Part shown: one piece after another, positions 38,365-49,545 of the stretch
How the letters are laid out: each line of letters opens with the position of its first letter
How positions within the stretch are numbered: the stretch's first letter is position 1
Source: Sminthopsis crassicaudata
Lineage: Eukaryota
DNA: 64,000 nucleotides
Assembly (NCBI RefSeq): GCF_048593235.1
Contig: NC_133622.1
Location: 204,135,198 to 204,199,197 of the forward strand
Direction: 5' to 3'
Program-made: the position numbers and the translations under genes
Notes under the pieces: model-generated
What the model was told of the DNA's origin: nothing
Seen by the model: only the letters and a program-made list of their open reading frames with translations
Databases searched by the model: none

Positions 38365-39763
38365 AAAAAGTCCTGTTGAAGACTCTTGGCTAACCTTTGG
38401 CCCTGCTAGAAAATGTAAATAAATAAATATTTAATTCCTTTCACTAAGACAGAAGACTAAAGGTTTATTGTGGCACTATTCCAGCTCTTGTCAAGGCTGG
38501 AGTTAGGGCATATGGGCCCAGGTGGTGATGAGAGAAAGCCCTGACAATTCCATTTCAGGAGAAGGTAAAGTCCAAGAAGGGTCAGCAGATCTCAATAATG
38601 GGAACCAAAGAAAGAGAAGATGGTGAATAAAAGACTGAAATCTGGGGACTTCATCCCTTGATATATCATTGTCAGAGGGAAAAATGCAAATGACAGACCA
38701 ATATTATTGATAATAACAATGCTGATTCACTCTCAGAATGAATAACCTATTCAAAAGTTACCCATTAAGATCAAATAGGGTTTAAACTCATAAAACAATG
38801 ACAGTTTAATATTGTCTGAGAAGATAATACAAATTATACAGAAATATCAATCATGAGTTGTTGTTTTTTTCTGTTTGCTTCCCTTGACCTGCAATAAATC
38901 TATTACTTTCCTGAGCCTGGTGAATCAGACCTTTGAAACAGATACTGGCAACAGAAATCTAGCTGTCTCAAATAATGAAGTTTACAGCTTATGTCCATCG
39001 AGGCAATAAACCAGAGAAGTGAAAATGTGTCCTCCCTGAATGTAGCCGGTACTGGCAAAAACAAAAACAAAAGCCTTTTCTTTAAAACATAGCATTTGGT
39101 TGTGGTTTTTACAAAATAAAATGATGTAGACATGTAAAGAGAGTTAGCCAATATGATCAAACCGATCTTTTTGAAACTGATGGTTAATTTTCTAAATATG
39201 AGGGAAGAGTGGAAGAGCGCTCGTCACCATTGAAATGCAAGTTTCAGGGGAACAATCCTGTGAGTTGTGTGTAAGTCAGGCAGAAAGAAGGGAGAGTGAT
39301 CTAGATGGACCCCAAAGTGCCAGGATTGGAGTGAGATTAAAGGCAGTGGCCAGATCATAGACTGGAAAGTGATAAGGGAATCCAGAGAGCATGGGAAGCT
39401 TTTTGAAGCTTTTCCACAAGTGGGAGAAATAAGAGGCAGCATTAGGGAATAAGGCCTTTGTTAAGAGGTATGGCCAAGCTCAGGAGCCAGGGATGGCCTT
39501 CCTTCCTTCCAGCGCTGTCTGAACTGGCTGCACCATTTTCCAATACATGCTCCAAATTAGAGCTGACACATACCTCTTCCCTTCCCAGTCCCACTACACC
39601 AGAGTTTCTATTGGCCACATCCCCTTTGGGAACTCAATGGGGCTACTGGGCCCTGGAGCCCATTATGAATTTGGTGCTGTTGATAACCACAACCACTCTC
39701 ATGACCAGGAGGAATCACAGAAAGCCATATGGAAGGCAGGGCATTCTATCTGGGTCTCCAAGG

Positions 39764-41600
39764 ATGTTCTAGACAGGGAGGAGGGAATTGTCAGAGATAG
39801 AAAAGGGAAGGTCCAGGGACTGGAATATGCCCATTGCATTTAGAGGGATGATGGACACATGCTGTGGATTGGGGAGCCCATCCAGATGGCCTAAAGAATG
39901 GGAAATCAAGTTGTGAGTGTGCACATTTACTTGAGATAGCAGACTATGGAGGCTGAATCCTTATCAAAAATGATCCACAACCAGAGATTTTTAAATAGTG
40001 ACTTCTAGCTCCTGGAACTCTTCTTCCTCAGGAAGATGAACTAGACAAAGCCTCCCTCCCTCCCCCCAAGAGATTAAACAGTGTACTGCAATCACTGCAA
40101 TTAAATATCAGAAATGGAAGGTGGAATAGTACAATCTAATATTTTATTAATATTAATATATGAAAAATGTTGATATTTTGATTCTGATGTGGTATTGATA
40201 AAAAGGAAGTTTCAATAAAATTGGGAAAACTGAAATTTGAAGAAGATATGCACATTTTTAAAAAAAGAGTCAAGAAATCCAAGATTTTGGTTGTGCAATC
40301 TGGAAAAGGTAAGAACATAGTGCAGCGTATAAAATTATTTCAATCATCATTTTGGGGAAAATGCCAGTGCATGAATCTCCAACTTACAATGCTTTGTTTT
40401 TGAACCTGGCTTCCTATTGGTTCCTTTGAATAATGGACTGGGATAAATAACAGCCTTCTCCTCCACTAAAAAGCTGCGTTCTTCCCTCAGCTTCCCTACA
40501 GATCAAGAAGGAACAGAGAGAGAACACACAGGTGCGTTCAAATCTCAATGAGGCATTTTCCTCTCCTATTGTCAATAGATCCTTTTTTTGCTTTTTTTGC
40601 AAATCGATTTCAAGATTCTCTTGAGTAGGAACTATGTTTCATGATTCCTTAGCATTAGCAACAGAAAAGGCTCTCAATAAATGGCATGTTCTAGACAGGG
40701 AGGAGGGAATTGTCAGAGATAGAAAAGGGAAGGTCCAGGGACTGGAATATGCCCATTGCATTTAGAGGGATGGTGGACACATGCTGTGGATTGTTGAGCC
40801 CATCCATATGGCCTAAAGAATGGGAAATCAAGTTGTGGGTGTGCATGTTTACTTGTGATAGCAGACTATGGAGGCTGAATCCTTGTCAAAAATGATCCAC
40901 AACCAGAGATTTTTAAATAGTGACTTCTAGCTCCTAGAACTCTTCTTCCTCAGGAAGATGAACTAGGCAAAGCCTCCCTCCCTCCCCCCAAGAGATTAAA
41001 AAGTGTACTACAATCACTGCAATTAAATATCATAAATGGAAGGTGGAATAGTACAATCTAATATTTTATTAATATTATTATATGAAAAATATTGATATTT
41101 TGATTTTGATTTGGTATTGATAAAAAGCAAGTTTCAATAAAATTTGGAAAACTGAAATTTGAAGAAGATATGCAAATTTTAAAACAGCCAAGAAATCCAA
41201 GATTTGGGTTGTGCAATCTGGAAAAGGTAAGAACATAGTGCAGCGTATAAAATTATTTCAATCATCATTTTGGGGAAAATGCCAGTGCATGAATCTCCAA
41301 CTTACAATGCTTTGTTTTTGAACCTGGCTTCCTATTGGTTCCTTTGAATAATGGACTGGGATAAATAACAGCCTTCTCCTCCACTAAAAAGCTGCAGTCT
41401 CCCCTCAGCTTCCCTACCGATCAAGAAGGAACAGAGAGAGAACACACAGGTGCGTTCAAATCTCACTGAGGAGTTTTCCTCTCCTATTGTCAATAGATTT
41501 TTTTTTTTTTTTTGCAATTCGATTTAATGATTCTCATGAGCAGGAACCATGTTTCATGATTCCTTAGCATTAGCAACAAAAAAAGACTTAACAAATGGCA
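39764..41600 (+). repeat. Tandem duplication (about 922-bp unit) of the SAA-D promoter and exon 1
   Basis: ATGTTCTAGACAGGGAG starts at 39764 and at 40686. Each unit has GATAAATAACAGCC (40442, 41360) and donor CAG|GTGCGT (40531, 41449). Confidence 0.9.
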
Positions 41601-41933
41601 TGCCAAATGATTCAGTGAGCTCTGTTGGTGAGCACAAAATGGGGAACAAAGTCTTGTGTGTTTAGCAATGACCCCAATAAATTAAGGGAAATGGGTCTTT
41701 TCTGTCTCAGAGTTGGCTCATGGTGAGTGGTAAAAATAGGTTTTGAGTGATAAAGAATTTTCTATAAAGTGTGTCTAGATCTTTCAAATGCCAAATAATT
41801 GTAATTTAAATGAAAACAAAAGAAAATGACAAAGTAAGCTCCTTGGTCTTAAAATATTTGTCACAGGGGCAGCGATGGGCTTTGCTGTCTCTCCCTGATC
41901 ATCTCCTTCCTAAACTACAGCCCATCTGACCAG

Positions 41934-42039
41934 ATGAAGCTCATCACAGTCATCCTCTTCTTCTCTGTGGTCCTCTTCGTTCAGAGCCACAATTGGTTTG
42001 ATGATAGTGCAAGTGTCATAAAGAAGCCTACAAGTGAAG
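41934..42039 (+). CDS. SAA-D (highly diverged SAA-B paralog) first coding exon; joined CDS 41934-42039, 42946-43075, 43749-43797, 94 aa
   Basis: MKLITVILFFSVVLFVQSHNWFDDSASVIKKPTSE-E; same acceptor as SAA-B; donor G|GTAAGG; +3 nt in frame. Confidence 0.85.
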
Positions 42040-42945
42040 GTAAGGTCTGTCCAGGATAAGATGGATTTCCTACAATTGGCCGTCCATAGATATAGTATGA
42101 ACGGAAGGCAGATTTCCATTTGAAATCAGTACTCCCTAAGAAATGTAAAAAGATAAATGAGCCTTAAGATTTATCAGGAAGGTACAAGGGAAATCCAGAG
42201 GAGTCGAGTTCATATTTTGCTTCTGAAACCACTGGCTCTGTGATCCTGGGCAAAGCACCTAACCTTTGAGTGCCCAAACACCTCTCCAAGATGAAGGTCT
42301 AGAGCAGCTCCCAGTCCTTGTGAAGGAGAATTTCCCACCACAAGTTCCCCACTGGGAACAAAGCTGGACAATCCAAGCCAGAACTTTAGAGCTTCAGGGC
42401 TTGGTAGTATCAATATCTGAGTTTATCAGGTGGGCTCTGCTGCCCAGCTTAAGAAAGAGGACCAACAGGATGGGCTAGTGTCCTACACAAAAGCAGGCCT
42501 CTTCTCTGAAAAAGACAAAGGTCAGGAAGGGAGAGAAGATGCCATGAAATACAGAACCTTGTACCAGGGCAATGGTAGGGTTTGGGCAAATGGGGCCGAA
42601 TGTAAATGCAAAGAGTCTAGTTCCGAACATCATCAGCCATACAGGTTATGATGAAGAGACAGATCAAGCTACAGATGGATCCTAGTCAATATTTTTTGTT
42701 GTTTTTAATTAATGTTTTTATTTTCAAAATTATCCATGTGTATAATTTTCAACCAGATCAATATTTAAACAATGGTAAGGTTTATTTTTTAAGTAATGTA
42801 GGCAACTTGCTCTTTCAACATACTATTTCTATCCGTACCATGGGACTAGAGAGAGCCCAGGAAGATCAGTCTTTAAATCTCGATTTACCTCACTGTTCCA
42901 CCTCCACTTTTGACTAACGGTAGTCTTTTTTTTTTTTTTTCCCAG

Positions 42946-43075
42946 AAATTAGGAAGGAGTTGAAAAGCAAGAATGAAGATGCTTTGGATATGTCAGAGGA
43001 ATATTTTGATGCTCCTTTTTACTATATTTCTAACCAGAAAAGACCTGGCGATTCTCAGGCATCCCAAATCCTCAG
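42946..43075 (+). CDS. SAA-D middle coding exon (130 nt, open)
   Basis: (E)IRKELKSKNEDALDMSEEYFDAPFYYISNQKRPGDSQASQIL(R); strong poly-T CCCAG acceptor; donor CAG|GTAATC as in SAA-B; phases 1 and 2 preserved. Confidence 0.8.
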
Positions 43076-43748
43076 GTAATCCATCCCTGTCTCAGTTCTC
43101 CTTAAATATACAGAAGATGAAACCCCAGGAAAACTCACCATGGGATATTTCCTCCTCCTTTTCTACGTATCCCCCAGTACAAAGTCCTACTAAACAACCC
43201 AACAAACTCCCCGATTGACACAGACAGCAGCAGGGGATGGGACATTGCTGTCAACTGAGCTGGAATCAGCAGTTCTGTCACTGACACCACAGGCAAAGTA
43301 AGGACGTAAGTCTTTGAGCTCCAGGTCTGAGAGTATGATGGAAGAGCATCTGCCACATGCTGCTCTCCACTCATTAATTATTACTCATGTTTCAATGGGC
43401 TGCAAGGTTGAGAAAGAACTTAGGGCTCATAATGTCTGCTGGAGGAAGGTAATGCAATCTTTTTATGTCCATTTTCCAGAAGAGCTCACTGAGACCCACA
43501 GGGCTTAAATGACTTGATAAGTAGCAAACATGACTCTCAGGTGCTAAAATCAAAATCTCAACCTTAGTCCAGTCCTTTCTCTTCAGGACCACAGAGATTG
43601 TATGGCAAGAAATGCTTTTGTCATGGTTGTCCATACCCCAACAGCCTGAAAGGCAGGGGAGAAGAGTCCTAAGACGGTTGGTTGCCCAGGTTAGGAATTT
43701 GCAATTTAACTTGTTGCTTCCTCTATTTTCTACTTTCCTATTTTTCAG

Positions 43749-43797
43749 GGATGGAAAATCCAGCCACAAGAGAGGGAAAGGCTCTAAAGCAAACTAA
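43749..43797 (+). CDS. SAA-D last coding exon with early stop
   Basis: Acceptor ttttcag|G, then DGKSSHKRGKGSKAN*. TAA replaces the CAA of DQFANEW, and the decayed SAA tail follows. AATAAA at 43971-43976. Confidence 0.75.
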
Positions 43798-44292
43798 TTT
43801 GCAAATGAATGGGGCAGGAGGGCAAGGACCCCAATCATTTCTGGCCCGACGCTCTGGACCCCAAATCCTGAGATGACTTGTTCCCTCCTCTTTTCCCCTC
43901 CCTGCCCTCCCTTCTGTGCCACCTGCATGGAGCATCTGCTCTCTCTGTTTTAGCCTCATGCTTTGTGCTCAATAAATATCCAAGCAAAGAATGAAGCTGT
44001 TTCTTCTTCGTGTGACAAACTTGACAATTGTCGGGAAGCAAAGAGAGCAACGGGGGAGGACTGGAACAATTGTGAGAATTCTAGAAACCAAGTTTGCTTC
44101 AAGAATGAGTCTGTGGTGTGACTCTTGTGGGATTGGCTGAAACAGAATATTGATGGAAATCATAAAAAGTGAGGAATTGAATCTTCCTTAGAGATAGGAA
44201 GGTGAAAGAGCATAATGGAATTGGGTTCTTCAGAATCACAATGAAAAATCTGGATTCGAGATTTTATAGGAAAATACTAGAAATACACAGAA

Positions 44293-44440
44293 TGGGACAG
44301 CAAGATGCCACAGTGGATAGAGCACAGACCCTGGAGTCAGGAGGCCCTGAGTTCAGATGTGTCCTCAGACACTTAACACTTACTAAGTGTGTGAGCCTGG
44401 GCAAGTCTCTTATCCCCAATTGCTTTGCCAAAAAAACCCA
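44293..44440 (+). mobile_element. WSINE1-type SINE
   Basis: cagtggatagagcacagaccctggagtcaggagg... plus A tail. Confidence 0.8.
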
Positions 44441-44599
44441 AAACCCAAACAGAACAGAACCCTATAATATTTCTAACTTCCCCTTAACCCCAGAAAGAGA
44501 AGAAATTTCATAGTGATCTATTTTTTGATTATTCTATTTCCTGTACTATTACTCTGGGCACTTTCTATTTTATAACTATTCTTTCATATGTCAATTGCC

Positions 44600-45740
44600 A
44601 GTTTTATTTACTGGAAAGGGAGGAAGAAATAGTTCCTGATAATTGCTGTTATCTCTTCATCATTGGTCAGGAATTCACTTTTTTCTCACTTTTGACATTA
44701 TTGATCACACTTGATATTCTCCTCTGTCTAGGTTTCTCAGGACACCATTCCCTCTCAGTTCTCTTTCTATCTCTCAGTCCTTCTCTCCTCAGTCTGTTTT
44801 GCTGGATCCTCTTCCCATGGGTGTCCCGCAGGCCCCACATCTGTTCTGTGCTCTCTTTTCTTCTCCCTTGAGACTACTTCATTTGATGATCTTATAGGGT
44901 CCTTTAAATTTAATGATCATTCCTATGCTGATGATTCTCAAATCTACCTTTCCTGCCCCAATCTCTCTCCAATCTCCCATCTCTGGCTACCCTTTAACAC
45001 CTAAAAGTGATATCCTAAATGACCTAATTTTAAAACTGAACTCACTATCTGTCCCATCAAACCCTGCATCCTTTCAACATTTCCTGTGACCATCAGGGGC
45101 CCTGTCCCCCCCCTCTGCCTGCACTCCCCTGTGCTCCCAGCTGAGGTGTTTACCTTGGCATTTCACCGTCCCTCATCCCCCATATCCGATCTGTTACAAA
45201 AGCCTATTGATTGTTATCTGCAACATCTCTCAGGTACGCCCCTTCTCTCCTCTGACACTGCCATCTTTAAATACTTTATAGACTGGCGCCAGTCTTTATC
45301 ATTTCACGTCTGGACCACTGCAATCGCCGATGGTCAGTCTGTCCGCCTCAACTCTACCTTTACTTCAATCCATTCTCCATTTGGCCACCGAAGTGATTTT
45401 CTAAAGTAAAGGTCCGAATATGTGGCCACTTTCTCCGTCAGCCCCAGAGTTTGCCTCCAAGAACAGAGGAAATTCTCTGGTATTCAAAGCCCCACCTTAC
45501 CTAGCCCAGTCATACCTTTGCCAGTTTTGTTACACTTTACTTTGTCACATATTCTTCCATTCAGTGTCACTTTCTGCTCTTCTTCAAAAAAAGCTATTCT
45601 ATCTCCTGACTCTGGTCATTTTCTTTGTCCCCTATGCCTGGAATGAGTTCCCTCCTCATCTCTTCCTAGTTTCCTTCAAATCACAATTAAAATCCCACTT
45701 TCCATATGAACTCATTCCCAATCCCTCTTAATTCTAATTA
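44600..45740 (+). mobile_element. L2 relic
   Basis: L2-like motifs (tatgctgatgattctcaaatctacc, aaaactgaactcactatc, ctggaccactgcaat). Confidence 0.75.
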
Positions 45741-45746
45741 CCTTTT

Positions 45747-46741
45747 GATATGAACAGACAATTCTCAGATAATGAAATTGAAACTATATCCACTCATATG
45801 AAAGTGTTCCAAATCACTACTGATCAGAGAAATGCAAATTAAGACAACTCTGAGATATCATTACACACCTGTCAGATTGGCTAAAATGAGATGAACAAAT
45901 AATGATGAATGTTGGAGGGGATGTGGGAAAACTGGGACACTGATACATTGTTGGTGGAGTTGTGAAAGAATCTATCCATTCTGAAGAGCAATCTGGAATT
46001 ATGCCCAAAGAGTTATCAAAATGTGCATACCCTTTGATCCATCATTGCTGCTATTGGGCTTATATCCCAAAGAAATACTAAAGGGACCTGTATGTGCCAA
46101 AATGTTTGTGGCAGCTCTTTTCCTAGTGGCTAGAAACGGGAAGATGAATGGATGTCCATCAATTGGAGAATAGTGGGGTAAATTATAGTATATGAAGGTT
46201 ATGGAATATTATTGTTCTGTAAGAAATGACCAACAGGATGATTTCAGAAAGGCTTGGAGAGACTTACATGAACTGATGCTGAGTGAAACGAGCAGAACCA
46301 GAAGATTGCTGTACACTTCAATGCTGTATGAAGATATATTCTGATGGAAGTGGATATCTTCAACATAAAGAAGATCCAACTCACTTCCAGTTGATCAATG
46401 ATGGACAGAAACAACTACACCCAGAGAAGGAACACTGGGAAGTGAATGTAAAATATTAGCACTACTGTCTATCTACCCAGGTTACTTATACTTTCGGAAT
46501 CCAATACTTAACGTGCAACAAGAAAATGGTATTTACACACATATATCTAGGTTATACTGTAGCACGTGTAAAATGTATGAGATTGCCTGTCATCTAAGGG
46601 AGGGAGTAGAGGGAGAGAGAGGAAAATCTGGAAAAATGAATACAAGGGATAATGTTATAAAAAAAATTACTCATGCATATATACTGTCAAAAAATGTATA
46701 ATTATAAACTTAATAAAAGAAAAAAAAGAAAAAAGAAAAAA
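45747..46741 (+). mobile_element. 5'-truncated L1 3' end inserted in an L2
   Basis: ORF2 C-terminal homology, 3'UTR and A-rich tail; imperfect TSD AATTCTA(A/G)TTACCTTT at about 45730 and 46742. Confidence 0.85.
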
Positions 46742-47864
46742 AATTCTAGTTACCTTTTTCTCTTGATGATTTACTATTTATTCTGTCTGCAGTTTGTTTG
46801 TATAAATGTCCTTGCTTCTTCTTTACTCTATTAGATTATGGTCTCCTCCATTTTTTTCTCTTCTTTTTCCTTAATGCCTGACGTTTCTATTTGTCACAAT
46901 GTAAGACATGTTTCTGGCCCTAGCTATGTATTTATATAACAGATGGCACAGATATATGCTCTCCCCCAAAATCATTTTGTATCCATTTTGTATTTTTAAG
47001 TTTAGAGCCACGGAATGGTCAGGTAGAAGTGAGATTAATATTCAAGTATTGTTCAATCTTCTCCACTGTTCCTTTCTTATTGTATAAAGTCTTCTTTGTG
47101 CATTCCATTTAAGATAATTCTCTCCATTTTTTTTTTCCCAAAGCACAACTCATCCAACAGTCCATTTTTCTTTTGAAATCAAACATTCTCATGTCCTCTA
47201 ATTAAACTCCCTCTTTGAGTGCTGGTCACAATCAACTTCTAAGGGACTATATCATCTACTAATATGAGAATATAAATTTTTAGGTACTTATAATATCTCT
47301 TATGTTTCCTTTTTATTCTTCATTTGACTTCTATGTTTTTATTTCAAATTTTCTACTCAAAATTGCTCTTTTCATCAAGAATGCTTGGAAGTCCTCTAAT
47401 TCAACTATAATTCATTTTCTCCCTCTAGGATTTTATTCAGTTTTGATATAGGTTATTTTTTATTGCAATCTTAGATCCTTTCCTTTCTGGAATACTTTAT
47501 TCCAAACTCTCTGCTTCTTGATAATTATGATTGTTAAAATGTATGTGATTCCAATTGTGGCCCCTCAGTACTTGAATTTTTTTTTTTCTGTTTGAAGTTT
47601 TTTTTTTCCCTTGAACTGTAAGTTCTGAATTTTTGTTATAATATGGTTTTCGGGCTCCTTTTTTTATTTCATGGTTTTCATGTAGGCCAAAATGATTCTT
47701 AAATCTTCTCTCTTCGATTTGTTTTCCAGATCACTTGTTTTTCTAAGACATATTTCATACTTTGTTTTATTTTCCCCAGTCTGATTTTCTTGATTAAAAT
47801 TCAGTCTAGTGCATTTTCTTTTCTTTTTTTTCTGGTTATATATGTACATTAATTTTTCAAACAC

Positions 47865-48520
47865 ATATTTCTTTTTTATTAAAGCTTTTTATTTTCAAAA
47901 CATATACAAGGATACTTTTTCAATATTAACCCTTGCAAAACCTTGCGTTTCAATTTTTCTCCCCCTTTCTCCCATCCCCTTCCCTAGATGGCAAGTAATT
48001 CAATATATGTTAAACATGTTAAAATATATGTTAAATCCAATATAAACATACATATTTATACAATTATCTTGCCACACAAGAAAAATCAGATCAAAAAGGG
48101 AAAAAATGAAAAAGAAAATAAAATGCAAACAAACAATAAAAAGAATGAAAATGTTATGTTGTGATCTACATTCAGTTCCAACTCTGGATGTAGATAGCTC
48201 TCTTCATCACTAGATCATTGGAACTGGCTTGGACCGTCTCATTGTTGAAAAGAGTCATATCCATCAGAATTGATCATGGTATAATCTTGTTGTTGCCATG
48301 TGCAATGATCTCCTAGTTCTGCTTACTTCACTCAGCATCAGTTCATGTAAGTCTCTCCAGGCCTTTCTGAAATCATCCTGCTGATAGTTTCTTATAGAAC
48401 AATAATATTCCATAACATTCATATACAATAACTTATTCAGCCATTCCCCAACTGATAGGTATCCACTCAATTTCCAGTTTCTTGCCACTAAAAAAAGGGC
48501 TGCCACAAACATTTTTGTAC
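47865..48520 (-). mobile_element. L1 3' fragment, antisense
   Basis: ORF 48264-48512 MFVAALFLVARNWK...YHDQF plus 3'UTR. Confidence 0.85.
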
Positions 48521-49329
48521 ATATAAATACACATTTCTTTATGAATCATATTGGGAGAGAAAAATTAAAACAAAAGGGAAAAATCACAAGAGAAAAAAAG
48601 GAAAAATTTTTAAAAGTGAACATAGAATGTGTTGATTTACATTCAATCTCCATAGTTCTCTCTCTGGATACAAAAAGAGTTTTATATTCAAAGTTTATTC
48701 TGGTGCTTTTTTAGCTCTTTTTTTTTAGGAGCTACATTAGACTAGCTAGAATCTAATGCTTTTACTCATTCTGCCATTTTGACTTTATCACCTAAAAATC
48801 TAATTGGGGAAAAAAATGAAACAAAAGGAAAAGCTCCAGAAATGTTTGTAATAATGAGGAAAAAACCTAAGCAATTCCAAAGATATGCCAATTGATAGAT
48901 CCTTTCAAAAGTAACTCAGAATTATGTATGGAGAACACTGAAGAAAAAAAATTTCAGCTAGAATTTAAGAATTACCAAAATGTGAGCACTTTAACAACAG
49001 AAAGTTTACATGGAATCTCAGTAAAGAATAACTTCAAATTCTAATCTGCAAGTCATATATAAAAAGGCAATAGAGACTAGATGTGATTTTAATAATGTAG
49101 GAAAACCCTAGTTGGGCAAACTCTTTAACAATTCAGGTTGTCACCTTCTGGGCAACTTGCTATTTTAAAGGAGTACTAGAACACTGACAGATTAATTAAC
49201 AATGATCAGACTAGAACCTTCATTTTCTGGGCTTTAGTACTATATGTTAGTATACTGGGCCATGGTGGCTCTAAACTTATAAATACAAAATGGATACAAA
49301 ATGATAGAATAAGGGGTTTGTTGTGTCTA

Positions 49330-49545
49330 ATTTTCTGGGACCTCATTTGGGGTTTTCTTGGCAAAGACACTGGAGTAGTTTGCCACTTACTTCTTCAGCT
49401 CATTTTACAGATGAGGAAACTGAGGCAGACAGGGTTAAGTGACTAACCCAGGGTCACACAACTCTTAAGCGGCTCAGCCCAGATTTAAACTCAGGAAGAG
49501 TTTTTTTGTTGTCAAGCCAGGGTCAAGCTATTCATCATACCACCT
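49330..49545 (-). mobile_element. MAR1-like CORE SINE
   Basis: ttttcttggcaaagacactggagtagtttgccac..agatgaggaaactgaggca. Confidence 0.75.

Noticed and set aside
43160-43320. Extra SAA-D exon within the enlarged last intron
   Set aside because: The candidate acceptor near 43180 gives an immediate stop (STKSY*), and the SAA-homologous acceptor at 43748 is stronger. Needs RNA data.
43798-43871. SAA-D as a full-length SAA by stop readthrough
   Set aside because: A 1-bp deletion after the TAA (AGG AG GGC) breaks the downstream frame.
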